From an uncultured virus (IMG/VR IMGVR_UViG_3300012984_000011) (Duplodnaviria > Heunggongvirae > Uroviricota > Caudoviricetes), in IMG/VR virus record IMGVR_UViG_3300012984_000011: a DNA stretch of 64,000 bases; one strand, 5' to 3'. The notes under the pieces were generated by a model that was not told the DNA's origin, did no database searches, and saw only the letters and a list, made by a program, of their open reading frames with translations. The position numbers and the translations under genes are program-made. Shown here piece by piece: positions 44,987 to 53,775 of this stretch; the first letter of the stretch is position 1; every line of letters starts with the position of its first letter.

Positions 44987-46240
44987 TCACCATCCGTATA
45001 GACTCATCGTCAGACCGTTCTCCGATGCCCATTGAGACACCACCCCCAGCTCGGGAGCGTTGCCTCGACTATTGCAGATCCCTCTAACTTGCACGATCGC
45101 CTTGGCACGATTATTGACCTCGATGGTCAGATATCTGAGATCTTGACCCTTAGATTCACCACATAGGGACCAGATCGACACATCTCCTCGTTCGATCCTA
45201 GATGCGTAGCTGTAGACACAATGCCGCATCGACCGCCCTTCATCGGCCAACTCGGTGGCGGTCAGGATCTCAAAAATGTACCAGTTGACCTGGTAATGAC
45301 CACTCTTACCTAGATTTGGGTACTGTTTGGTATATTGGGCTTGTTTGAAGCCAGATGGTTCGTAGTTACGCTTCTTGAACACCTTGACGGCGGCCAATTC
45401 TTGATGCCATTCATCTCGGTCACGCATCAAAGCAAGGATCGAGCGACCCTTCATCGAATAGGTCTTGTCGGCCGTGTAGCGATTCTGAATGTAGTCAATG
45501 AGTGGTCCGATCTGAGCAGGGTCCAACATGGTGGTCCTGGCAAAGAACTGCAACACTGTGGCCCAGAAGGCCTCTACCTCAGCAGTCTGAAGCCTCAGGG
45601 CGTGTCTGCTCTGACTCCAGATCCGGAAAAGATTTCTGTCCCCTCCTTCTGCCTCAACCTGAGTCTTACGGACAGCCGACATGAACGTGTAGTCGGAAGT
45701 AGTCGACAGAAACTGATGGCACAGCTTTCTCGTGAAAGGGACGGGAAAAGACCCGTCTTTCACCTTATCGTACAGGCTGCCTCCTCTTGCCACATGAATC
45801 ACCAGCGGAACTGTCTTTTCCGCATGCTCAAAGTCAAAGAAGGCTGACCACAGGAACTGTGGGGTCTTGTACCTAGATAGTAGGTGTTCGGCCAAGCTGA
45901 AAAATTGGGTGTCGCGAGACTTACCCCTTGGCACCCAATCGGCGATTGGACGGATCCAATCCTTTTCAAGCGTATGATCTTTCAGAAGCTCAAGAGGTTT
46001 TTGGTAAATCATCTCCTTGAGCTTGGGCGCTCTAGCTAGCACTTGGCTCCGTAGATCAGGAGCTATTTCGGTCCTGACATAACGCTTCTTGAGCGATTCC
46101 TGATAGGCCTGCTCTCTGGACTGCAGGCAATTGAGCTCGCTCTCACGTTGGGCCTGCTTCTTCTGATCAGCTCTCTGCTTGCGGCGAGCACGTTCAAGCT
46201 CGGCCATCGCCTTCTTTTGAAGTCGGTCATTCTGCTTCAC
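44987..46240 (-). CDS. PcfJ-domain protein
   Basis: ELADEGRSMRHCVYSY...LTIEV...IVQVRG.CN. Confidence 0.85.
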   Translation of the reverse strand: MKQNDRLQKKAMAELERARRKQRADQKKQAQRESELNCLQSREQAYQESLKKRYVRTEIAPDLRSQVLARAPKLKEMIYQKPLELLKDHTLEKDWIRPIADWVPRGKSRDTQFFSLAEHLLSRYKTPQFLWSAFFDFEHAEKTVPLVIHVARGGSLYDKVKDGSFPVPFTRKLCHQFLSTTSDYTFMSAVRKTQVEAEGGDRNLFRIWSQSRHALRLQTAEVEAFWATVLQFFARTTMLDPAQIGPLIDYIQNRYTADKTYSMKGRSILALMRDRDEWHQELAAVKVFKKRNYEPSGFKQAQYTKQYPNLGKSGHYQVNWYIFEILTATELADEGRSMRHCVYSYASRIERGDVSIWSLCGESKGQDLRYLTIEVNNRAKAIVQVRGICNSRGNAPELGVVSQWASENGLTMSLYGW

Positions 46241-46257
46241 AGGACAGTCCTACACCA

Positions 46258-46461
46258 TCACATTGGGGGATTGTGGGCCAGATCCAAACCTAGGTTGCAA
46301 TCTGGGCATTCCCAATGTAGACAGTTTCTAGGGTAACAACAGGGTCGGAAGTTCCGATGCGGGCATTGTTTGAGTGGCCCAAAACGGTGCTTTCTAGGCG
46401 GGCGACGGTCATTGCCGCCCAGATCTCTCACACCCTGTCGGGTCAACCTCATCCGACCCAT
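46258..46461 (-). CDS. small Cys-rich protein
   Basis: CPH...CC...C..W.CPDC. Confidence 0.5.
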   Translation of the reverse strand: MGRMRLTRQGVRDLGGNDRRPPRKHRFGPLKQCPHRNFRPCCYPRNCLHWECPDCNLGLDLAHNPPM

Positions 46462-46483
46462 TATCTAAATTCCCGTCCTGATG

Positions 46484-46888
46484 TCAACCTTTCCAAACAG
46501 TATTTTTGACGACCAGCTGGTGCCAATAAGAACTATGATCTTTCTTGGGGTCAAGCCCGCCCGACAGAATGGTCCTGACCCCCAACTCACAGAGGCGATC
46601 CGCCTCAACGTTTTCCACCACTTGAAGTAGCTCTACCACCTCGTAGGATGAGACAGGATATTGCTCCTGATCTGGTTGAGGCTCCGAAGATTGCTCAGTA
46701 TCGATCGTTATGATCATGAACCTTTGCTCCGTTTCTGTGGTGCGGGTGACGGCTATGAGCCACCACCCATAGGATACGCTGCCTGACCGGTTGACCAGCC
46801 AACTAGTCAGGTATTTGGAAGAAACCTCCGCAACTGGTTTTATCCGCCAGGCTCGACCCAGGGGTCCTTGGAGGTCCGGTTTCCTCAT
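46484..46888 (-). CDS. hypothetical protein
   Basis: 134-aa ORF. Confidence 0.65.
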   Translation of the reverse strand: MRKPDLQGPLGRAWRIKPVAEVSSKYLTSWLVNRSGSVSYGWWLIAVTRTTETEQRFMIITIDTEQSSEPQPDQEQYPVSSYEVVELLQVVENVEADRLCELGVRTILSGGLDPKKDHSSYWHQLVVKNTVWKG

Positions 46889-46950
46889 ACTAGACGGAAA
46901 ACGATAAGGAATTTCCTTTCCCGGCCGTCTAGCCTGGTGTACACTGGAGT

Positions 46951-47286
46951 ATGGAGCTCCTTCCAGGTCAGGTGGCCATCCACGATGATGGTAAAGAGCA
47001 TTTAGCTCTGATCCTTCAAATAGAAGGGGACAAGTGTGAGGCTCTTTTCTTCACTTCCAACCCCAATTGGGCGGAAGTGTGCCGCCGAGCCACCAAAGAA
47101 GAGCTGGCGATGGCTTGCTACGTCTCGACCCGTAAGACCTACCTGGCCTACGTTGTGCGCTCTATCTGGAACTTCACCCCCACCGACCAACCCCTATTCC
47201 CTGAACATTGGGTACAGAGTTTGCGTCTAGAGTGTTTGACCCAACAGGTCAAGGCAATGTTGCAGACGGCTGTGGTGGGGCGATGA
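46951..47286 (+). CDS. hypothetical protein
   Basis: GGTGTA 46936-46941, 9 nt before the ATG. Confidence 0.7.
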   Translation: MELLPGQVAIHDDGKEHLALILQIEGDKCEALFFTSNPNWAEVCRRATKEELAMACYVSTRKTYLAYVVRSIWNFTPTDQPLFPEHWVQSLRLECLTQQVKAMLQTAVVGR

Positions 47287-47552
47287 ACCACAACAAGGAA
47301 GAATGTTGCTGTGTTGATTGCTGCTACGACAGAAATCAACAAGAAGCATTGAGGACCACTTCTTTGGTTGATGTCGAGAATGATCGTGGTTGCCCTTGTC
47401 TGCTGACCAATCCCTGCAGCTCCTCCTGCACTTGCGCCTATCCTGGACTGAGTGGTGGTTGTCGGCGCTGTTGTCGCTATGGCTCAATCGAGCAACGTCA
47501 AGCGATGGCCGAACATTTGGCTAGGTTGTCAGATACTTTCGAACGAACTTGA
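47283..47552 (+). CDS. Cys-rich (metallothionein-like) small protein
   Basis: CCCVDCC ... CPC...PC...CTC...GGCRRCC. Confidence 0.6.
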   Translation: MNHNKEECCCVDCCYDRNQQEALRTTSLVDVENDRGCPCLLTNPCSSSCTCAYPGLSGGCRRCCRYGSIEQRQAMAEHLARLSDTFERT

Positions 47553-48327
47553 CATCTTCAGGCTTTACGACTTCCAATCCATCACTAGAGCGTTGCACCA
47601 CATCAAGGATAGCCTGATGGTTCTGTTCCCCGTAGATGCCTGAGGCGTAGGCTTGATTGGCCTCCACGACTGCCCAGCCCCGCTCCTCTATGTGGCCCAC
47701 ATCCAACACCACCCCTGAGGGCAGATCATAGGACGGATCGGCCAACACTTGTTGACCAAATGCAGTGGCTTGTCTGGTCACGTCTTCTGGTTCGTGATCT
47801 CCAATGATGCGGTAATGTTCAGCCGCCACAATCTGGCGATCTAAGATCCAGAGCCTAACCTCCAGATCCCAAGCCACCACTTCCGAGACAATGATGGGGC
47901 ATGAATCTTGGATGTGGCGGACCGGCACATCTGAGCCTCGTTCATAGGTTCCGTATTGGAACACCTTGTCGTTGGCGGGCTTGACGAACGATCGTTCTTT
48001 AACTCGGTGGAGATCCGCTACAGTGCCGACCCACAAATCTCGAAGAAGGAAATGCTGAGGAAGTCGGCCCAACCAATCATCTGGAGGGTCCAGCAATCCC
48101 AGCATCATCCGACTGGCGACCGAGTCACAGAAGGGAAGTGGTCCATGCACTGCTATTGGACCCGCCGTAAAGGGGGTCTGGCATCTGAGGACCCGATGGA
48201 TGTTCCAATCCCTCGCCTGAGCGGCTTTACGCAGCGCCTCTGCTTCTGTGCTGTAAGTTGGAGGTAACAGCAACGTTGGATACGCTGCTTTCCCCCACCT
48301 AGCTATCTCTTCTTCTGTCGGGCCCAT
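47521..48327 (-). CDS. ATP-grasp protein (R2K/DUF4343 family)
   Basis: FVKPANDKVF, SEVV..LEVR, VVLDVG...GWAVVEAN.AYASGIY. Confidence 0.8.
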   Translation of the reverse strand: MGPTEEEIARWGKAAYPTLLLPPTYSTEAEALRKAAQARDWNIHRVLRCQTPFTAGPIAVHGPLPFCDSVASRMMLGLLDPPDDWLGRLPQHFLLRDLWVGTVADLHRVKERSFVKPANDKVFQYGTYERGSDVPVRHIQDSCPIIVSEVVAWDLEVRLWILDRQIVAAEHYRIIGDHEPEDVTRQATAFGQQVLADPSYDLPSGVVLDVGHIEERGWAVVEANQAYASGIYGEQNHQAILDVVQRSSDGLEVVKPEDVKFVRKYLTT

Positions 48328-48461
48328 AGGATATAGTTGTGCAGGTGTCCGCCACTCATAGCGACGAAGAACCAGCCATCCCCTTCTGGTGGCTTGACTG
48401 GTCCAATTGTGTTGACCTCAGTGGTGCTGTATTCGTAGTATTTGGTATCCAGATTGAGCAT
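48303..48461 (-). CDS. small hypothetical protein (52 aa)
   Basis: MLNLDTKYYEY...GDGWFFVAM...ILWARQKKR fills the gap. Confidence 0.4.
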   Translation of the reverse strand: MLNLDTKYYEYSTTEVNTIGPVKPPEGDGWFFVAMSGGHLHNYILWARQKKR

Positions 48462-48480
48462 AAGCCCCAGGCAGAAGGGA

Positions 48481-49146
48481 TTATTTGTCCTTCTTACCTG
48501 TGAGCTCCAACAAGCGGATAAAAATGTTCAAGATATCCAAGTAAATGGCAACTGCGAACCCCAGGCTGCTAAGCAAGGTCCGCTCACTTCGGACCGCCTG
48601 GTTGACGTCATAGATCAGCAACCCGCTGAAAAGCGCCACCCCAAACCAGTCCATCCACGTCCAAGCAGCTTGTACAGGAAAACCCATGGCAGCAAGGATG
48701 ATTGTCCCAAACTGAGACAAGATCAGCATCCAGAGGGCGCCGAACAGGTAAGTATGCAGCCCACCAAGACTCTTGGGGTAGATGAAGCCGATTCCGCCCA
48801 TCCCAAGACTCAGGATGGCGGTTGTGCCCAACACATTGATCAGGCTGGCTTTGGTGTAGGTCGCCACCACTGGCCCCAACATGGCCCCAAAGGGGAAAGT
48901 GATCAGCAGATATCCAAAAATGGCGATCGGCAGAGCCTCAATGGCGGCGAGGAAACACCCCAAGAAGGTAATCAAAGCCAAACCTAGGGTCGCCCATTTC
49001 GAAAACGGCGTGCCCCAAGTCAGACTGGCTCCAAAACCGGTGCTGGCAAAGCCCAACATGACCCACATCATCAAACAGAGGATGTAGGAACGCTCGCCCA
49101 ATTGATGGTCAGTGCCGCTGTGAGCATCTATGATTCTTGACTTCAT
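48481..49146 (-). CDS. Bax inhibitor-1/YccA-family membrane protein
   Basis: about 7 TM segments; LFSGLLIYD...AVAIYLDILNIFIRLL. Confidence 0.9.
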   Translation of the reverse strand: MKSRIIDAHSGTDHQLGERSYILCLMMWVMLGFASTGFGASLTWGTPFSKWATLGLALITFLGCFLAAIEALPIAIFGYLLITFPFGAMLGPVVATYTKASLINVLGTTAILSLGMGGIGFIYPKSLGGLHTYLFGALWMLILSQFGTIILAAMGFPVQAAWTWMDWFGVALFSGLLIYDVNQAVRSERTLLSSLGFAVAIYLDILNIFIRLLELTGKKDK

Positions 49147-49164
49147 GACGCCCACTATACACCA

Positions 49165-49383
49165 TTAGCGGCCAGTCGTCTCAGGGGTGATGAGCATTTT
49201 GGTGTCGGCGGGGAAGATCTTGTAATAGTCCCCATCTGCGTATTGGGTCTTGCAAGTACCGTTCTTAGTCCTCTCGTTCCAAATCGTCTTTGCTTCAGCT
49301 TCAGACAACGGCTTTGAGATGTCGATCCAGCCATCGAACATGTCGAACAAGCGCACCACATAGAGCTTTTCGGTGGGTTCCAT
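49165..49383 (-). CDS. hypothetical protein
   Basis: MEPTEKLYVVRLFDMFDGW; start set by the motif. Confidence 0.7.
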   Translation of the reverse strand: MEPTEKLYVVRLFDMFDGWIDISKPLSEAEAKTIWNERTKNGTCKTQYADGDYYKIFPADTKMLITPETTGR

Positions 49384-49392
49384 GGATTGTTG

Positions 49393-49408
49393 TACACCAG
49401 GCGGTGTA
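49393..49408. promoter_or_regulatory. divergent class-A pair TACACC-AGGC-GGTGTA
   Basis: 9 nt from ATGs at 49383 (-) and 49418 (+). Confidence 0.75.
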
Positions 49409-49417
49409 TTGTCCCAA

Positions 49418-49837
49418 ATGATCGTCAAGGCTCTCAGCCTCAGACAACCCTGGGCTTGGCTTGTTGTTGACGGCCCGAAGCGCATCGAGAACCGCAAGTG
49501 GAAGACGAAGCTCGAACTCCCGCTTCCCTTCCTGATCCATTCAGCCGGCACCTTCACAAAGGCTGACCTAGCCTTCGCCGAAAGTTGGTGTGGGATTACG
49601 ATGCCTAAGCTGAGCTCACATGTGTACCGTATGGGCGGAATCCTAGGGGCAGCGGTCATCACCCACATCTATCCAAGAGGGGCAGAGGACGGTGGGGTAT
49701 GGCACATGAAAGAGCAGTACGGCTACAAGCTGGAATCGATCACTGCGTTGCCCTTCCGGCCCCTCAAAGGTCAGTTGGGATTCTTTGATGTCGAGCTGAC
49801 GGCTGAGGAAGAGACCGTCTTCAAAGGACTTCTATGA
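49418..49837 (+). CDS. ASCH-domain protein
   Basis: KALSLRQPWAWLVV.GPKRIENR.W...LIHS...GQLGFF. Confidence 0.9.
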   Translation: MIVKALSLRQPWAWLVVDGPKRIENRKWKTKLELPLPFLIHSAGTFTKADLAFAESWCGITMPKLSSHVYRMGGILGAAVITHIYPRGAEDGGVWHMKEQYGYKLESITALPFRPLKGQLGFFDVELTAEEETVFKGLL

Positions 49838-50457
49838 TTAGAGATGTGTTTGGACTGACAGGCGGAATCGCCTCGGGTAAGAGCACAGTCGCCCGATTCT
49901 TTGCTGAGGCGGGCGTACATGTGATTGATGCCGACCAGCTCTCCAGAGAAGTGATGAGGCCTGGGGAGGACTGTTACGATGAGATCGTTCGCACATTTGG
50001 TGAGGACTTCTTGACTGAAGATCGCCAGATCGATCGGAAGAAACTCGGGAGGCTCGTCTTCAGATTCAGGGATACGCTGCTCAAAAGGTTGGAACGTATC
50101 CAATGGGAGCACATTCACAGCCGTTTCATCGAGAAATCGTTGAAGCTGGATGGGCTGATCTGCTACGAAGCAAGCCAATTGGTGGAGTCCAATTATTGGG
50201 TGTCGCTTCGACCGTTGGTGGTGGTTGATATTGACTTTGACCTTCAACTCCAACGCCTGATGGCTCGAAGTAGTCTGACCGAAGAAGAGGCTAAGATTCG
50301 GATCGCCTCTCAGAACCCCGGCCGAGCAATCGCTCATGCAGATTACCTGATTCACAACAACGGGGATCTGGCTAACCTTCGAGCACGTTCGCTGGCTTTC
50401 CTCCAAGCTCGTCCGATTCTCGATCGGTGGAGAACTGGTGATGCCGAGACGTACTAG
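49834..50457 (+). CDS. coaE: dephospho-CoA kinase
   Basis: GLTGGIASGKSTV, VIDAD, IDRKKLG..VF, QLQRLMAR, RIASQ, ADYLIHNNG. Confidence 0.92.
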   Translation: MIRDVFGLTGGIASGKSTVARFFAEAGVHVIDADQLSREVMRPGEDCYDEIVRTFGEDFLTEDRQIDRKKLGRLVFRFRDTLLKRLERIQWEHIHSRFIEKSLKLDGLICYEASQLVESNYWVSLRPLVVVDIDFDLQLQRLMARSSLTEEEAKIRIASQNPGRAIAHADYLIHNNGDLANLRARSLAFLQARPILDRWRTGDAETY

Positions 50458-51205
50458 ATTGGCAACCTATTCTCAACCTCAGCCTATTTCCCCCATAGAA
50501 GGCGATTCATTGGAGCAGTTTATGAGCTTGACTAATTTCGACGACTCTGAAGTTCATCCCTCTGATTTGCTAGGGGATTACAAGGACTATTCGAAGATCT
50601 ATCTGTCGTTGGAGCCCGAACCAAGTGATTTCATTAGGGCGTTCTTCAGCATGCCTCCCATTTCATTTCTGAAAATTCCAGAAATCCAGCACTTAGAAGA
50701 TCAAGGTGTGTACGCGATACAGTATTCGGGGTCGCTCCCCTTGTATGAAGGTGTGTCTACCAACCAATATCCTCTGTACATTGGGAGTGCTTCTGGGAAG
50801 AAGGGGGATTCTTTAACCGCGAGGCTCAGTCAGCACTATAGCAGTATTGATGAAGTAGCTAAGTCTCAGGGTATATGGTCTCTGTCTGAGTTTAGCTTCA
50901 AGGTTATTCCTTTGAAATGGATGGCAAAAGCAGTAGAAGATGTGTTGAGAGAGAGATTTGATCCCGTATGGAACGGTAGTGGCTTCGGTCACCGTCCTGG
51001 CGAAAATCACACTAGGGTAGGCTCGGAGAAAAAACCACAGATGTCTAAATGGGATACTCTGTACGAAGGGAGATTGTCCGTTGAAGCCCGTGCAGGTATG
51101 GCTGCGCGAGATAAGCGAAAAGAGGAGGCAAAATTTCGAATTCGAGTGAGAGAAAGTCAGAAGGCGTTCAATAGCGCCAAACGACGAATTGGTGTAACAC
51201 CCTAA
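50438..51205 (+). CDS. Eco29kI-family GIY-YIG restriction endonuclease-like protein
   Basis: GVYAIQY, PLYIGSA, RL..H..SI, PVWN.SGFG..PG, S.WD.L..GR. Confidence 0.75.
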   Translation: MMPRRTRLATYSQPQPISPIEGDSLEQFMSLTNFDDSEVHPSDLLGDYKDYSKIYLSLEPEPSDFIRAFFSMPPISFLKIPEIQHLEDQGVYAIQYSGSLPLYEGVSTNQYPLYIGSASGKKGDSLTARLSQHYSSIDEVAKSQGIWSLSEFSFKVIPLKWMAKAVEDVLRERFDPVWNGSGFGHRPGENHTRVGSEKKPQMSKWDTLYEGRLSVEARAGMAARDKRKEEAKFRIRVRESQKAFNSAKRRIGVTP

Positions 51206-51206
51206 C

Positions 51207-51494
51207 ATGTTAACCCCCTTAGAAGCCCGTCTGATCAAGTACATGCTTGGCGTCTGCTCAGAAGAGTTGAGTCGCCATGGTTGCAATGACTTGGAGCTAG
51301 TTAAAGAACTGGGATTGACGCCCGAGGAGTCGTATGAGCTTCGGAAGGCGATGCAGATCCAAAACGGCGATGTCGAGGAAAATCCTCCGGACCCAGACAG
51401 GCACTACACGATGGATTGGTGGGTGGCCGCCTACTTGAGTACGCGAGTGGGAGAAGAGTTCGGGATCCCGAAAGACCAATTCAAAGGTCGATGA
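51207..51494 (+). CDS. hypothetical protein
   Basis: GGTGTA 10 nt upstream. Confidence 0.7.
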   Translation: MLTPLEARLIKYMLGVCSEELSRHGCNDLELVKELGLTPEESYELRKAMQIQNGDVEENPPDPDRHYTMDWWVAAYLSTRVGEEFGIPKDQFKGR

Positions 51495-51667
51495 AGGAGG
51501 GCTGCTTGATAGCGATGACGGTCCTGCTCTTCACCGTCATAGGCGCCTACTTGCTCCAGTTGATCCTAGACTTCTTCCGCCTCAGTCCCAATCTGTTGCT
51601 GGGTATCACGGCCCTGATCATCATGTTGCTGTCAGCCGATTTGGTGATGGGTGACGATTTTCGTTGA
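51491..51667 (+). CDS. small two-TM membrane protein
   Basis: ATGA-coupled, hydrophobic. Confidence 0.55.
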   Translation: MKEGCLIAMTVLLFTVIGAYLLQLILDFFRLSPNLLLGITALIIMLLSADLVMGDDFR

Positions 51668-51700
51668 CCCTCTGTAGATGGTGTTGTATACCATGCTACA
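51664..51700 (+). promoter_or_regulatory. sigma70-like promoter with overlapping inverted repeat (putative operator)
   Basis: TTGACC-N17-TATACC; TGTAGATGGT...ACCATGCTACA inverted repeat. Confidence 0.5.
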
Positions 51701-52051
51701 GTGGATTTCGGGCAATACATCAAAGCTTTTCGAGAAGCCAAAAGAGCGACAGATCCTAGCTTTTCGCTACGGCAAGTGGCTCAACGGGTGGGGGTGGACC
51801 CAGGCTATCTGTCCAAATTGGAGCTGGGACGGTTCAATGACCCTTCCGAGAAGGTGGTGTTGGCTATCGCCCAAGACTTGGGGGCAAGTCCGGACCTCCT
51901 ATTGGCGATGACCGGCAGAGTATCGGCTACCTTCAAGAAGGCGTTGATGAAGCGGCCTGAGCTTTTCATTCGACTTTTGGCCGAGATCAAAGATTTGCCG
52001 GACCAAGAATTGGTCGAGATACAGCAACGAGTTAGAGACGGAAACTGGTAA
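51701..52051 (+). CDS. XRE-family HTH transcriptional regulator
   Basis: FGQYIK..R...SLRQVAQRVGVDPGYLSKLELG...PSEKVV..IA..L. Confidence 0.9.
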   Translation: MDFGQYIKAFREAKRATDPSFSLRQVAQRVGVDPGYLSKLELGRFNDPSEKVVLAIAQDLGASPDLLLAMTGRVSATFKKALMKRPELFIRLLAEIKDLPDQELVEIQQRVRDGNW

Positions 52052-52066
52052 CAAGGAGAAAACGAT

Positions 52067-53254
52067 ATGTTAGACCTATACAACAACGTACTTTCATTCA
52101 GCCTTCCAGACGTGCATCCGGAGGCGAAGATGAAGATCAGCCTTCAGCGTACGCTTCGGATCCCAGACGACGGAAAGGCCTATCCACTACCTCCTGATTT
52201 GGGTCATTTCCCACTCAGGCGGGTAGACGACTTCAAGGATCGGGTGCCGGCCAAGTGGTTGGAACATGGCGGCATCATGACGGCCCTATACCAATCAGAA
52301 GCACTGTGGATGCGCTTCAGCGGCCATCAGGTCCAATATCAAGGCGTCTACCCCTTCGCGGTCAAGATCGCAGCCGGTAAGGTGAGTGCGGTGACGGGTG
52401 AGAGGTGGTCAGCTGGTTTGACGCCAAAGGACTATGTGACGGTCCCCAAACAGCCGTGGATCGACGGCTACGTGGTGGAGAAAGGGTTGGTTCGACAGTT
52501 CGTGGCCGCCCCACTTGGCTTGGGTGTCACGGCTGAGGAGCAAATCACTGGAGAGGCCGAGTTTGGCGGTATCCAGATTGAGGTGATACCTATGAAGTCG
52601 GAGGTATTCAACCGCCGCTTCCCTCGTGTGGTGCCTCAACCTAGAATCATGCGAAGCACCAGTTTGGGGGGTGATATGTGGGAAGGCAAGTCATCTGGCG
52701 GCATTCGTCCAATGTCTGCCACCAATGCGGACACTAGACGCCGTGGTATGCGGAGTCGATCAGAAACGAAGGGTGCGGATGCGATCCGTTCAGTTTGGGA
52801 TTCTGACGAAGAGGTGTTTGGTGCGGCAGCTGCCGATATGGGGATGGCAGCTGGCGGTCAGATGAAGCAGGAGATCTACGCCGATCCTTTCGATATCTCC
52901 GACTGGGACACTCAAAATACCCAACGGGTCTTCATCCACCTGGCCAACAGCCTGGTGTGGAAAGCGGTCACCCAACAGGACCCGCCCAGCCCGCCCCAAA
53001 CTGCGGCCGATTACGCTCGCTATGGGTTGCCCTGGTTTGACACCTACAAGGACGACCTGCATGCCCTGCAAGGCACCGACAAGCTCAAAGGAGTGATGTC
53101 GATGCTCAAGTATGGGATGCAGAAGGGGCTTAACCTCTTGCCCGAGAACGAGTCGATCGATCTCAACAAGTTGGACCAGGTTACTCACATGGTGGGCACT
53201 CCTCATCAAGTCAAGCTAGTTGGTCCAAACACCATTCGCGAAGGCAAGTGGTGA
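52067..53254 (+). CDS. conserved hypothetical protein
   Basis: RTLRIPDDG..YPLPP.LG.FPL...YQSEALW...QPWIDG...RQFVA.PLG pattern; AAGGAG RBS. Confidence 0.75.
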   Translation: MLDLYNNVLSFSLPDVHPEAKMKISLQRTLRIPDDGKAYPLPPDLGHFPLRRVDDFKDRVPAKWLEHGGIMTALYQSEALWMRFSGHQVQYQGVYPFAVKIAAGKVSAVTGERWSAGLTPKDYVTVPKQPWIDGYVVEKGLVRQFVAAPLGLGVTAEEQITGEAEFGGIQIEVIPMKSEVFNRRFPRVVPQPRIMRSTSLGGDMWEGKSSGGIRPMSATNADTRRRGMRSRSETKGADAIRSVWDSDEEVFGAAAADMGMAAGGQMKQEIYADPFDISDWDTQNTQRVFIHLANSLVWKAVTQQDPPSPPQTAADYARYGLPWFDTYKDDLHALQGTDKLKGVMSMLKYGMQKGLNLLPENESIDLNKLDQVTHMVGTPHQVKLVGPNTIREGKW

Positions 53255-53524
53255 TGATTGAACGCTTGACCCAAGGAGAGCAAGTCATCTACGCGGCCGT
53301 CTTTGCCGCTGAGGTGGCTCCTCTATTCAAGCCAGGCGGCGTGCCGCTTCACATCATCGAGGCTGGCACCGAGGACGAATGGCGCAAGCGACAAGCCGTT
53401 AAGTGCGGCCGAGGTGGCGTGGGCCACCATCGAAGCCTTCAGGGAAGCGGGCTCAGGTATTGTCGAAGGCTTTGGCGGAGCCAGCGATGTGATGCGTTTG
53501 TGGCAGATGATGCGAGGTTACTGA
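53254..53524 (+). pseudogene. small gene interrupted by an apparent 1-nt insertion near 53401
   Basis: MIERLTQG...EWRKRQAV continues plausibly as SAAEVAWATIEAFREAG...MMRGY in the +1 frame. Confidence 0.5.
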
Positions 53525-53775
53525 TCGTCCTCCAGGAGGAGTTCCCATTTGGTTGGGAGTTTCTCCTGGAGTTCTCGTCGATCTCTAGACCGCTGGGCTG
53601 TGACGATAGGCTGCATGGCGGCTTGGAGTTGTCTCCGAAACTCAGCCTCTGGATCGTCACCAGCAAAGAAGCCGGGCCATCCAGTTTGCTCCCAGACGAG
53701 GGACTCCAGAGTGGCGTCGTCCAACTTAACCTCTAGCTTGGCCGCTTCTTCTCTGGCGATCGTTAGGGCATTCAT
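53518..53775 (-). CDS. hypothetical protein
   Basis: coupled 85-aa ORF. Confidence 0.65.
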   Translation of the reverse strand: MNALTIAREEAAKLEVKLDDATLESLVWEQTGWPGFFAGDDPEAEFRRQLQAAMQPIVTAQRSRDRRELQEKLPTKWELLLEDDQ

